From IMG/VR virus record IMGVR_UViG_2875683775_000007: a DNA stretch of 15,060 bases, one strand, 5' to 3'. The notes beneath the pieces were generated by a model that made no database searches, was not told where the DNA came from, and saw nothing but the letters and a program-made list of their open reading frames with translations. A program made the position numbers and the translations under genes. The stretch is from a virus (taxonomy: Duplodnaviria > Heunggongvirae > Uroviricota > Caudoviricetes). How positions within the stretch are numbered: the stretch's first letter is position 1; each line of letters begins with the position of its first letter. Positions 1 to 7,964 of this stretch are shown here, in pieces.

Positions 1-201
1 TTACCCATTGGCGCGGCTTAAGAGCTTATTTTTGAATTCACAATGGTCACGATATAACCATCTTGCTCGCCCGTGGATAACTTTGGCTTTTGGAAGGTCT
101 CCGGACTTAATCCGATCATAGATGAAGGTTTTACCGAAGCCAGTATCGGCCATGATGAATTTCAAATCAACCAGTGAATCAGGCTGTAGTTCGTGTTGCA
201 T
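1..201 (-). CDS. torI: AlpA/TorI-family excisionase (recombination directionality factor), 66 aa
   Basis: Complete 66-aa ORF with stop at 1-3 and ATG at 199-201, preceded by GGAGA about 9 nt upstream. Small basic winged-helix-like protein typical of AlpA/Xis family; sequence matches my recollection of E. coli TorI of the argW prophage KplE1. Same strand as intS, as expected for the unusual KplE1/Sf6/HK620 recombination module. Confidence 0.6.
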   Translation of the reverse strand: MQHELQPDSLVDLKFIMADTGFGKTFIYDRIKSGDLPKAKVIHGRARWLYRDHCEFKNKLLSRANG

Positions 202-220
202 GAGTGCTATCTCCGAATAG

Positions 221-236
221 GGAATCGAACCTGCAA
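221..236. repeat. 16-bp exact direct copy (GGAATCGAACCTGCAA) of the argW T-arm segment found at 11310-11325; att core-like sequence
   Basis: Exact 16/16 identity between 221-236 and 11310-11325 in the same orientation; flanks on both sides are unrelated. Not a full tRNA, because no acceptor or complementary T-stem strand follows. Confidence 0.6.
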
Positions 237-246
237 ATCAGGTAAT

Positions 247-267
247 AAAAAAACCGCATTGATGCGG
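247..267 (-). terminator. Rho-independent terminator downstream of the 325-669 gene (minus strand)
   Basis: Inverted repeat CCGCA/TGCGG (254-267) with a run of 7 A on the plus strand (247-253), which is a 7-U tail on the minus-strand transcript. Confidence 0.55.
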
Positions 268-324
268 CGATGGTAGGTCTGGATATCTTGATAAATGAAA
301 ATGCCTCATCGAGTGTGAGGCGGG

Positions 325-669
325 TTAGTCCTTGCGTAGCTCGCTGATTCTTCTGTAAGTCTCTGGTGCTTTGTTCCCGTACGTCTTCATTTCAGACTTC
401 AACAGAGCAACGAGTGAATCCCATTCGTTGAGGATTCCTTTGAATGCCGGAACGCGCTTTGCAACCTTGTCGAATGAATCTCTGATTTCTGGAATCTGCT
501 CAACAAGTGCAACGCATCGTCGGAAATCGGCTGCGTCATGTGGAGCGCCGAAGCTATGACCATAGATATTCTTTTTCAGTCCACATGCGATTGAGGCAAG
601 AGTTGCGCTACTGATGCCTACATCGCCAGTCGATTGCCATTTCAAAACCTTCATAGCCAAATCTGACAT
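325..669 (-). CDS. Hypothetical prophage protein (about 114 aa from MSDLAMKV start)
   Basis: Open frame with GGAGA RBS 6-10 nt upstream of the ATG at 667-669; the ORF-track start at 696 lies in the terminator hairpin and is less likely. No family recognised. Confidence 0.5.
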   Translation of the reverse strand: MSDLAMKVLKWQSTGDVGISSATLASIACGLKKNIYGHSFGAPHDAADFRRCVALVEQIPEIRDSFDKVAKRVPAFKGILNEWDSLVALLKSEMKTYGNKAPETYRRISELRKD

Positions 670-683
670 TTCTTGTCTCCAAT

Positions 684-706
684 AAAAAACCGCCATCAGG
701 CGGTTT
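684..706 (-). terminator. Hairpin with flanking A/T runs; terminator-like on the minus strand, weaker on the plus strand
   Basis: Stem CCGCC (690-694) / GGCGG (699-703), preceded by an A-run (684-689) and followed by TTT; on the minus strand this is a hairpin plus a U-run just upstream of the RBS of the 325-669 gene. Confidence 0.45.
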
Positions 707-1115
707 GGTGTTCTTTCTGTTCTTCAATTCGAATATTGGTTACGTCTGCATGCGCTATCTACGCCCATATCATCCAGTGGTTATAGCAGTCGTTGATGTC
801 CTCTGCTTCGATAACCCTGAGACGGTCGCAAGATGGCTTGATGCTATGGCAAACCTTGAGCGACGAAACGCGCAGTTTAATGAGTTTAAAGCCGAGTGGA
901 TGAGCGCGAATGGCAACCCTGGACAATCGCGTAATGGCGGTCAGATATTGGGGTTGGATGTTAAAAAAGGTGAATCATTGGGGAGTGCCGTTAAGCGGTA
1001 TATGTCAATGAATACTGACGCAGCGCCAGCACAAGATTCGACACCTTCAGGAGAACCACGGAATCAGGTTGGATCATATACATCAAAATCAGGCATTCAA
1101 TTTACGGTGGAATGA
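705..1115 (+). CDS. Small ORF translationally coupled to the downstream gp16-like gene; possibly the 5'-truncated 3' end of a gp20-like ejection-protein gene
   Basis: Stop TGA at 1113-1115 overlaps the ATG of the next gene (ATGATG). The first ~20 codons run through the terminator hairpin and look non-coding, so the real coding start, if any, is later (for example the MANLERRN region). Position matches P22 gene 20 immediately upstream of gene 16. Confidence 0.3.
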   Translation: MVFFLFFNSNIGYVCMRYLRPYHPVVIAVVDVLCFDNPETVARWLDAMANLERRNAQFNEFKAEWMSANGNPGQSRNGGQILGLDVKKGESLGSAVKRYMSMNTDAAPAQDSTPSGEPRNQVGSYTSKSGIQFTVE

Positions 1116-2953
1116 TGAAAGTAACTGCAAACGGTAAGACATTTACCTTTCCTGATGGTACGAGCACCGAAGATATTGGCACCGCCATTGATGAGTATTT
1201 TGCTGGTCAGGCTGTTCAGCAACAAACAGTTAATCAGGCCAATAATGCACCAACACGGGAAGAGCCATCATTGATCCAACAAGCTGGCGATTGGCTCACT
1301 GGTGGTCAAAGTGCAGGGCAAATTGCAGAACAGGCTGGTCGTGGTCTGGTAAACATACCATTTGACGTATTGCAGGGCGGCGCAAGTCTGATTAATGCAA
1401 TCAGTCAGGGGCTTGGTGGACCCAAGGTTTTGGATGATGTTTATCGTCCAGTAGACAGACCGACAGACCCCTACGCGCAAGCCGGTGAAACAATTGGTGG
1501 GTATTTAGTTCCAGGAGTTGGAACGGCAGGAAGCATGGCTATTGGATCACTGGCAGAGGCCGCAAATCAGAAAGGCGATTTCGCACAAAATGCAGCTAAA
1601 AATGCCGGAGTTAACCTTGCCACTCAGGGTGTTCTTTCCGCAGCAGCAAAGGGAATAGGGCGTGGAATAACGGCTATAAAAGGTGATATTGCGCCAGAAG
1701 TGGCGAAGAAAATTACCACATCAGAATCGATGGGCGTGACACCAATGACATCTGATGTTATCCCGCCGAAAAATGCTTTCACTCGCGGCCTAACTCAGGA
1801 TGCCGAGGGGGCTTTGCTCGGGACAGGCTCAAAGCGAGCGGAGCAATATGCAACGCGTAGTAAGCTGGTAAGTAATTATTTTGACCGTTTTGGTGAGTAC
1901 AACCCTGATGATGTGGTGAAATCTCTTACCACCACGTTAAGGGGGCGGAAGGATGCCGCTGGCGCTGTTATCAATGACGTCACCAATAAAATGGGTAATG
2001 CCGCAGTTGATACCACAAATACCATGAATGCTCTGAATACAGCGATCGCAAGACAGGAACGGCTTGGGACGTCTGCCAATCAAAGCCTGCTTACATCCTT
2101 GCGTAACCTACGTGAAGAATTAGCAAACCCTGCAACTGATTTGGATGTTACGTTTGATCTCTTGCGTCAGCACAGAACAGCATTTAGATCTAATGTTCAG
2201 GGAGATGCTATGGTCTTCCCCAACCAGGCAAAAGCAGCTACCAATATGGTAGAGAATGCAATGTCAAAAGACCTTCGTAACGCAGTTGCTAAAAACCTCG
2301 GTGCATCAGACGCAGCAAAATACCTTAAAGCAAATTCCGATTATGCAAACGTTTATAATAAGGTGCTTAATAAAAACATTGCTAACAAGCTCAACAAGGC
2401 AAGCAGTGAAGCCAGTCCTGAACTTATAAATACCGTTGTATTAAGCAGAAAACCATCTGACGTGAAACGAATATGGAGCGCCCTGGATGATAAAGGGAAA
2501 GATGCTATGCGTGCAGCTTACGTCAGCAAAATAGCGGAAAAGGCCGGTGACTCTCCAGCCAAGTTCATCACTGAAGTTAATAAGCTGAAATCTCAGTCAG
2601 GCGGTGAAATTTACAACACTATTTTTTCTGGAAAGCACATGAAAGAGCTTGATGCTCTTCATGAAGTTCTACAGCAAACAGCAAGGTCAGACACCGCAAA
2701 TGTAGTAACTCAGACGGGGCAATCACAAGCCAACAGGATAAGGACGATTGGCGCAACTGCGACTCTTGGTGTATCAATGGGGCTTGAGGCTGGCTTTGGT
2801 GCAATGATGCGTTTGTATGAGTCCAAAGCAGCAAGGAATGCTCTCTTACGTCTGGCAAACACTAAAGCTGGAACGCCAGCCTATGAAAGAGCGTTGAGTA
2901 ACGCTGCAAATGCCATCAGGCCGCTGCTTGCTACTGAGGCAACACAGCAGTAA
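1112..2953 (+). CDS. Phage DNA ejection/internal virion protein, P22 gp16-like (613 aa)
   Basis: 613-aa Ala/Gly/Gln-rich protein of almost the size of P22 gp16 (609 aa), located immediately upstream of the immI/moron region as in P22 gene order; GGTGGA RBS before ATGATG. Assignment is by size and synteny, not sequence recall. Confidence 0.5.
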   Translation: MMKVTANGKTFTFPDGTSTEDIGTAIDEYFAGQAVQQQTVNQANNAPTREEPSLIQQAGDWLTGGQSAGQIAEQAGRGLVNIPFDVLQGGASLINAISQGLGGPKVLDDVYRPVDRPTDPYAQAGETIGGYLVPGVGTAGSMAIGSLAEAANQKGDFAQNAAKNAGVNLATQGVLSAAAKGIGRGITAIKGDIAPEVAKKITTSESMGVTPMTSDVIPPKNAFTRGLTQDAEGALLGTGSKRAEQYATRSKLVSNYFDRFGEYNPDDVVKSLTTTLRGRKDAAGAVINDVTNKMGNAAVDTTNTMNALNTAIARQERLGTSANQSLLTSLRNLREELANPATDLDVTFDLLRQHRTAFRSNVQGDAMVFPNQAKAATNMVENAMSKDLRNAVAKNLGASDAAKYLKANSDYANVYNKVLNKNIANKLNKASSEASPELINTVVLSRKPSDVKRIWSALDDKGKDAMRAAYVSKIAEKAGDSPAKFITEVNKLKSQSGGEIYNTIFSGKHMKELDALHEVLQQTARSDTANVVTQTGQSQANRIRTIGATATLGVSMGLEAGFGAMMRLYESKAARNALLRLANTKAGTPAYERALSNAANAIRPLLATEATQQ

Positions 2954-2977
2954 CGTATGGGGAATTGGATTCAATCG

Positions 2978-3367
2978 TTAACATTTTCTTTTTACTTTTC
3001 CAACAAAAGCTTTGGTTGAATCCATATTCCCATAACCAGAAATGGTTTTCGACATTAAAACTGTTCCATTAGGATGTATTACCCATGAGTCGATAACTCG
3101 TTGAGTTTCGCCATTCGCGCCGATTCCAATGATGGAGTTTTTAGACAATGCTTTGTAAGCCATGCCGCCCGCATCCGTCCCAGAATATGTGATACTGGCA
3201 TCTTCACCGTTTGTCTTAATGATGAATGTTCCACTAAAACCATCTTCTTCCGGTTGAAAATTATTTCGTTCTGAATAGCTTATTCCGTGCATATCTCCAA
3301 CGACCCAGCACTCTGCTGAGACAGAAAACGAGAAGACAAGGAAAGCCATTGCTATAATCAATTTCAT
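2978..3367 (-). CDS. Small secreted protein (cleavable signal peptide, 129 aa), function unknown; prophage moron
   Basis: N-terminus MKLIIAMAFLVFSFSVSA is a typical Sec signal with an AxA-type cleavage site; mature part has Cys near both ends. Lies with mnt on the minus strand in the slot where P22 carries sieA. Confidence 0.6.
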   Translation of the reverse strand: MKLIIAMAFLVFSFSVSAECWVVGDMHGISYSERNNFQPEEDGFSGTFIIKTNGEDASITYSGTDAGGMAYKALSKNSIIGIGANGETQRVIDSWVIHPNGTVLMSKTISGYGNMDSTKAFVGKVKRKC

Positions 3368-3382
3368 TTTAAGCCCTTATTG

Positions 3383-3718
3383 TTATTGATTCTTTTTGCA
3401 CGGAAATGTTTTTCCTACTGCTAGGGCGGTTAGTATAACTGCACTCTCATTTCTTGATTCTGGGTTTTTGTTTAGATATTTCTCAACGATATCGGTGTAT
3501 TGATACATGTCAACGCCATCAGGAGGACATAGAGAACCAATTAGTATCAATGAGTCAGTTACTCCGCGCAAATATCCAGTAATGTAAAGCGATGAAAAAT
3601 CATCACCCTTTTTACCTTGTTGAATGTTGTAAAGAAGGTCATTACCCGTTTGAAGCTCGCGCAGCTCAGCACTGGAAGAAGAGACAACTGCTAACAAGAA
3701 CAGTGATAGAAATCTCAT
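3383..3718 (-). CDS. Small secreted protein (signal peptide, 111 aa), function unknown; prophage moron
   Basis: N-terminus MRFLSLFLLAVVSSSSA is a Sec signal; two Cys in the mature part; its start overlaps the mnt stop by 4 nt, suggesting an operon with mnt. Confidence 0.6.
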   Translation of the reverse strand: MRFLSLFLLAVVSSSSAELRELQTGNDLLYNIQQGKKGDDFSSLYITGYLRGVTDSLILIGSLCPPDGVDMYQYTDIVEKYLNKNPESRNESAVILTALAVGKTFPCKKNQ

Positions 3719-3969
3719 TTCAAATCCTTTTCATAAATCTTTTTAAGTGTCTCAAACACTATAGCCTTGAACTGCTCAGCCTGCTGATCAGCCAAGCGTT
3801 CAGCTTCGTCGCGATATCCTGTAATCGGTGATGGTTTTGATAGTGCATCCTGAACGATTTGTAATAACTCAGAGTTCATTGACCTTCCGTTAGCCTCGGC
3901 TCTTAATTTCAATTTTTCTCTTACTTCCAAAGGCATACGGAAGTTAAAGTGCGGATCATCTCTAGCCAT
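3715..3969 (-). CDS. mnt: Mnt repressor (P22 immI)
   Basis: Protein begins MARDDPHFNFRMP...RAEANGRSMNSELLQIVQDALSKPSP, recognisably P22 Mnt (ribbon-helix-helix); GGAG RBS 9 nt upstream; divergent from arc. Confidence 0.85.
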   Translation of the reverse strand: MARDDPHFNFRMPLEVREKLKLRAEANGRSMNSELLQIVQDALSKPSPITGYRDEAERLADQQAEQFKAIVFETLKKIYEKDLK

Positions 3970-3991
3970 GCCATCACTCCAAGTTAGTGTA

Positions 3992-4021
3992 TTGACATGA
4001 TAGAAGCACTCTACTATATTC
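3992..4021 (+). promoter_or_regulatory. Pant promoter (-35 TTGACA 3992-3997, -10 TATATT 4015-4020) overlapping the Arc operator ATGATAGAAGCACTCTACTAT (3997-4017); divergent Pmnt elements overlap on the minus strand
   Basis: Consensus -35 and near-consensus -10 with 17-bp spacer; the 21-bp spacer/operator sequence matches the P22 arc operator as I recall it. On the minus strand TTGAGA (4020-4025) and TATCAT (3997-4002) form a plausible Pmnt. Confidence 0.7.
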
Positions 4022-4026
4022 TCAAT

Positions 4027-4043
4027 AGGTCCACCGTGGACCT
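4027..4043. promoter_or_regulatory. Mnt operator, perfect 17-bp palindrome AGGTCCACCGTGGACCT
   Basis: Perfect dyad centred at 4035, between Pant and the arc start, matching the known P22 Omnt sequence and position. Confidence 0.75.
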
Positions 4044-4059
4044 ATATTGTGAGGTGAAC

Positions 4060-4221
4060 ATGAAAGGAATGAGCAAAATGCCACAGTTCAATTTGCGGTG
4101 GCCTAAAGAAGTATTGGATTTGGTACGCAAGGTGGCGGAAGAAAATGGTCGGTCTGTTAATTCTGAGATTTATCAGCGAGTAATGGAAAGCTTTAAGAAG
4201 GAAGGGCGCATTGGTGCGTAA
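4060..4221 (+). CDS. arc: Arc repressor (P22 immI), 53 aa
   Basis: MKGMSKMPQFNLRWPKEVLDLVRKVAEENGRSVNSEIYQRVMESFKKEGRIGA is P22 Arc-like throughout; GAGGTG RBS at 4051-4056. The ORF-track start at 3997 lies in the operator and is rejected. Confidence 0.9.
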   Translation: MKGMSKMPQFNLRWPKEVLDLVRKVAEENGRSVNSEIYQRVMESFKKEGRIGA

Positions 4222-4289
4222 AGTTGAAGCCCCAACTGCTGTAACAGTCAGGGCTTCGGCATCAACAAATCGGATTAGGAAATATTGAC
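4222..4289 (-). ncRNA. sar: Candidate sar-like antisense RNA covering the ant RBS
   Basis: Minus-strand promoter-like elements (-10 TATACT, complement of 4296-4301; weak -35) would start transcription near the ant start codon; inverted repeat GAAGCCC/GGGCTTC at 4226-4258 sits about 65 nt downstream. Matches the known arrangement of P22 sar, but the terminator lacks a clear U-run. Confidence 0.3.
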
Positions 4290-5168
4290 ATGAAAAGTAT
4301 AGCAAAGGCACAAAACGATTTCACCATCTTCAAATTCGGCGACAGTGAAATCCGCGTCATCAACAAGTGCGGTGAGCCGTGGTTTGTAGCTAAAGATGTT
4401 TGTGATGCTTTAGATTTGACTAACTCACGCAAGGCGCTTACTGCACTTGATGACGATGAAAAGGGAGTAACTTTAAGTTACACCCTTGGTGGTGAGCAGA
4501 ATCTAAGCATTGTGAGCGAATCAGGTATGTATACATTGGTTCTGCGCTGCCGCGATGCAGTCAATAAAGGTTCAGTCCCGCACAAATTCCGCAAGTGGGT
4601 AACAGCAGAAGTTCTGCCTTCAATTCGCAAACATGGCGAGTATGTAAAAGGAAAGAAAACCACTGTTGAGGAAAGAACACCGCTACGCGATGCAGTAAAC
4701 ATGCTGGTAGGAAAGAAAGGACTTCGCTATGACGATGCATACAATATGGTTCATCAGCGTTTTGGTATTGACAGCATTGATGAACTTTCAATTGAACAAA
4801 TCCCGCTGGCCGTAGAGTACATCCACAGGGTAGTGCTTGAAGGTGAGTTCATTGGCAAACAAGAGAAGAAAACCAACGAGCTTTCTGCAAAAGAAGCAAA
4901 CAGCCTTGTATGGTTATGGGATTATGCCAACCGCTCACAGGCATTATTCCGCGAACTGTATCCGGCGCTAAAACAAATTCAATCGAACTATTCCGGCAGA
5001 TGCTACGACTACGGTCATGAATTCTCGTATGTTATCGGAATGGCGAGAGACGTTTTAATAAACCACACACGAGATGTTGATATCAATGAGCCAGACGGAC
5101 CAACGAATCTTTCCGCATGGATGAGACTTAAGAATAAAGAATTACCTCCTTCAGTACATAACTACTGA
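4290..5168 (+). CDS. ant: Antirepressor Ant (Bro-N domain protein)
   Basis: N-terminal region ([26 protein letters not shown]) is a Bro-N/antirepressor motif; directly downstream of arc as in P22; AGGAAA RBS. Confidence 0.8.
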   Translation: MKSIAKAQNDFTIFKFGDSEIRVINKCGEPWFVAKDVCDALDLTNSRKALTALDDDEKGVTLSYTLGGEQNLSIVSESGMYTLVLRCRDAVNKGSVPHKFRKWVTAEVLPSIRKHGEYVKGKKTTVEERTPLRDAVNMLVGKKGLRYDDAYNMVHQRFGIDSIDELSIEQIPLAVEYIHRVVLEGEFIGKQEKKTNELSAKEANSLVWLWDYANRSQALFRELYPALKQIQSNYSGRCYDYGHEFSYVIGMARDVLINHTRDVDINEPDGPTNLSAWMRLKNKELPPSVHNY

Positions 5169-5187
5169 CAGATAACCAACGCAACGA

Positions 5188-5210
5188 CCCAGCTTCGGCT
5201 GGGTTTTTTT
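5188..5210 (+). terminator. Rho-independent terminator after ant
   Basis: CCCAGC-TTCG-GCTGGG hairpin followed by 7 T. Confidence 0.8.
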
Positions 5211-5269
5211 ATGCCCAAAATTCACCGTAGCTACGCTGCGGCGATTCCTTGTATCTGGAGCAAATTAAA

Positions 5270-7918
5270 ATGACAGATTCAATAAATGCCAATGTTGTGG
5301 TAAGCATGCCTTCTCAACTCTTCACTATGGCGCGTTCTTTTAAAGCCGTAGCCAATGGTAAAATTTATATCGGTAAAATTGACACTGATCCGGTAAATCC
5401 AGAAAACCAGATTCAGGTTTATGTGGAGAACGAAGACGGCTCTCACGTTCCTGTTTCTCAACCAATCATCATTAACGCTGCTGGTTATCCGGTATATAAC
5501 GGACAGATTGCCAAATTCGTTACCGTGCAAGGCCATTCTATGGCTGTTTATGATGCGTATGGTGCACAGCAGTTCTATTTTCCTAATGTGCTGAAGTATG
5601 ACCCGGATCAGTTTAAACAAAAAGTATTATCAAATGATATGCTAAATATGTCTCCTCTTTATTTTGGAGCTAAGGGGGATGGGATTAGCGATGATACTGA
5701 AGCATTTGTCGCGTTGGAAATGGATATAAAAAATAGGGTTATTGATTTAAGTGGAAGAGCATTTTTTGTTACTAAAAGTTTTATTGGAAATAGCTATATA
5801 AATGGTTCTTTTATTCGTGATGGCAGTAAACGAATTGCGATTGGTGATCTTAAATTAAGAGATAAAAGAGAGCCGTTGATATTTTCCGGAATGCCAAAAG
5901 TATATAACACCAGACACACGTTGCGCAGAACTGAAGGTGCGGGTGGTTTATATGCGGTCATTCAGGGGTGTTGTTATGATGAAATTAACGACAAGATTTT
6001 TACTTTATCATCTACCACAGCATACGGTTATTGCATTAATGCCTTTGACGTGACGAATTCTGGTGAACTAGGAAGATACGACAGAACCCGTTCTACTGAA
6101 CTTGGGCATCAGGGGCTTGGATTGCATCATAATCCTGATGGTACTGTCGTGCTGTGGACATCGAAGCCTTATGGAACCGATGCCGCCAATCAATGTATTT
6201 CGATGGAAAATATATTGAGTTACACAGGGACAACCAACGGAGTATCTGAAGGTTTTATCACCTGGAAGTTGTTCCCCTATGATGGAATGAGCGCAAGCTC
6301 TACTCCAGCTGTATCAAGTTGTGAAAACTATCTACTTGCCAAGAAAATTTCATCGGATGGAATTACCTGCACGGTTCGTGTTTTCGACATAGTCAGCATG
6401 TGGAATAACAGAGCTCATAAAACTGATTATAGTGATGATTATTTAGTTGAGTTTAGCTATCAAAAACCATCACAAGAAGCATTTACCCAATCAATTGCTT
6501 GCGATGGGGCATACATTTACATACTTGAGTCACATACGTATGTTGGCATGACTAATTATATTTACGTATTTGCCTTAACAGGCAGGTTTATTGAGCGAGT
6601 AGATATTTCAACTGTTGGTGATGATGAAGCAAAATCTGACAGTACAGGAACTCCTGTTTATAAAGAGCCTGAGTCCCTAACAGTAATTAGAACGGAGAGT
6701 GGGTATGTTTTAACGCTGGGGATATGCACATATAAAGGAGTTGCTGAGAACGGGAAAAATGTATATCTGTTTGATATAGGCAGGTCTGGTTCGGTAGTGC
6801 AAAGCAAAGCAAGCCGTTCTGTATCCAGTAATACTGGTCTTCATAGTTCTGGCTCCCCGGAGTTCAAATATGGAGTAAGGGAGTACAATGATACTTTTCA
6901 CTGGACAGTTTGGCCAACAAGAAAGGGTTTTCAAACTAACCGGGATAACCCTATATTGTTTCTTGATGGCGGAATTACTGGTGGAATGCAGTTAGCTTCA
7001 AACGGCACGGAAGGGATGAGCAACTCATGGGTTTCCCGGCATCAGTCAGACACCGCAGAAGGACCAAGAGCAATAATGTATAAGTCTCGCTCTGGTGTTG
7101 TATCAACTGATAATTTTGGAGCTCTGCAGACAGGGGATGTATTGGGTACTCATGTATGGGCCGGTGATACAGGTAGTAAGGCTGTGCAATGCGCACACAT
7201 TAAATGCGTCACAAGAGGTAATCCTTCCGGAGACAATATCCCGGTTGCTTTCTACTTTGGAACCATGGGAGAGAGTGACGGCTTGCGTGACAGATGGGTA
7301 TTAACAGAATTAGGTCATTTTCGACCATCAGGTTCAAATCTTTATGATATTGGTACACAGTCGAATACTGTCAGAAACCTGTATATAAATAATAGCCCCA
7401 TTGTAACCAGCGACAGAAATTATAAGCAGGATGAAGCTTCATTATCTGATGCAGAACTACGGGTTGGAATGGCTATTTACCCGCTGATAAAAAAATTCAG
7501 AATGAAGGATGCTGTAAAAGAAAAAGGCTTGTCAGCGCGTGAGCATATCGGTGTAATTGCGCAAGATATACAATCCATCTTTGAATCTGAGGGGCTTGAT
7601 GCATTTTCTTATGGGGTTCTTTGCTATGAAGAGTGGGATGATGAGTATGAGAAAGTCTATGCAACAAGAAATGTGACCAGAAAAATTTTAATTGATGAAG
7701 AGTCTGGTCAGTATGATGAAATCACAGAGGAAGAAGAGTATGAAACTGGTGAAGTAAGGTTAATTATGGAATCAGGAAGAAAATTATCAGTGCGCTATGA
7801 CGAGTTAATGTTTCTGGCAATGAGCGCACTATATCATCACCATGAGCAGGATATTGCCAATATCACATCAAAGATTAATAATCTGGAAAAATTATTAAAG
7901 TTAACACTAAATGGTTGA
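5270..7918 (+). CDS. Tailspike protein: P22 gp9-like head-binding N-terminus, right-handed beta-helix (pectate-lyase-like) receptor domain, C-terminal intramolecular chaperone (peptidase S74-like) domain
   Basis: [44 protein letters not shown] is near-identical to the P22 tailspike N-terminus as recalled; [14 protein letters not shown] is the hallmark start of pectate-lyase-type beta-helix domains; C-terminal ~150 aa (SDAELRVG...[12 protein letters not shown]...) resemble the auto-cleaving chaperone domain of endosialidases and tail fibres. Start chosen at 5270 (GGAG RBS) rather than 5249. Confidence 0.85.
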   Translation: MTDSINANVVVSMPSQLFTMARSFKAVANGKIYIGKIDTDPVNPENQIQVYVENEDGSHVPVSQPIIINAAGYPVYNGQIAKFVTVQGHSMAVYDAYGAQQFYFPNVLKYDPDQFKQKVLSNDMLNMSPLYFGAKGDGISDDTEAFVALEMDIKNRVIDLSGRAFFVTKSFIGNSYINGSFIRDGSKRIAIGDLKLRDKREPLIFSGMPKVYNTRHTLRRTEGAGGLYAVIQGCCYDEINDKIFTLSSTTAYGYCINAFDVTNSGELGRYDRTRSTELGHQGLGLHHNPDGTVVLWTSKPYGTDAANQCISMENILSYTGTTNGVSEGFITWKLFPYDGMSASSTPAVSSCENYLLAKKISSDGITCTVRVFDIVSMWNNRAHKTDYSDDYLVEFSYQKPSQEAFTQSIACDGAYIYILESHTYVGMTNYIYVFALTGRFIERVDISTVGDDEAKSDSTGTPVYKEPESLTVIRTESGYVLTLGICTYKGVAENGKNVYLFDIGRSGSVVQSKASRSVSSNTGLHSSGSPEFKYGVREYNDTFHWTVWPTRKGFQTNRDNPILFLDGGITGGMQLASNGTEGMSNSWVSRHQSDTAEGPRAIMYKSRSGVVSTDNFGALQTGDVLGTHVWAGDTGSKAVQCAHIKCVTRGNPSGDNIPVAFYFGTMGESDGLRDRWVLTELGHFRPSGSNLYDIGTQSNTVRNLYINNSPIVTSDRNYKQDEASLSDAELRVGMAIYPLIKKFRMKDAVKEKGLSAREHIGVIAQDIQSIFESEGLDAFSYGVLCYEEWDDEYEKVYATRNVTRKILIDEESGQYDEITEEEEYETGEVRLIMESGRKLSVRYDELMFLAMSALYHHHEQDIANITSKINNLEKLLKLTLNG

Positions 7919-7964
7919 TATGTGGTACTTTTAATGTATGCCCAGCTACATGCTGGGCAATGTT

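Noticed and set aside
205-240. Possible additional tRNA or pseudo-tRNA gene
   Set aside because: Only the 16-bp T-arm segment matches argW; no complementary T-stem strand, acceptor stem or anticodon arm can be drawn, so it is a core-like fragment, not a tRNA.
1268-2858. Three minus-strand ORFs (1268-1480, 1876-2079, 2619-2858) inside the gp16-like gene
   Set aside because: Short, antisense to a long well-supported coding frame, no RBS; typical shadow ORFs.
3997-4059. Upstream extension of arc (ORF-track start at 3997)
   Set aside because: The extension lies in the Arc/Mnt operator region and promoter; the true start is the RBS-preceded ATG at 4060 giving the 53-aa Arc.
3592-4791. Assorted short ORFs (3592-3831 plus, 4042-4311 minus, 4478-4702 minus, 4561-4791 minus, 371-559 plus, 10049-10270 plus, 9279-9479 plus)
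   Set aside because: Each overlaps a better-supported gene or an AT-rich intergenic region, has no RBS and has low-complexity or implausible composition.
5279-7304. Small ORFs on both strands within the tailspike gene (5279-5620, 6710-6934, 6975-7196, 7095-7304)
   Set aside because: Embedded in or antisense to the tailspike frame, which is supported by strong homology; no independent signals.
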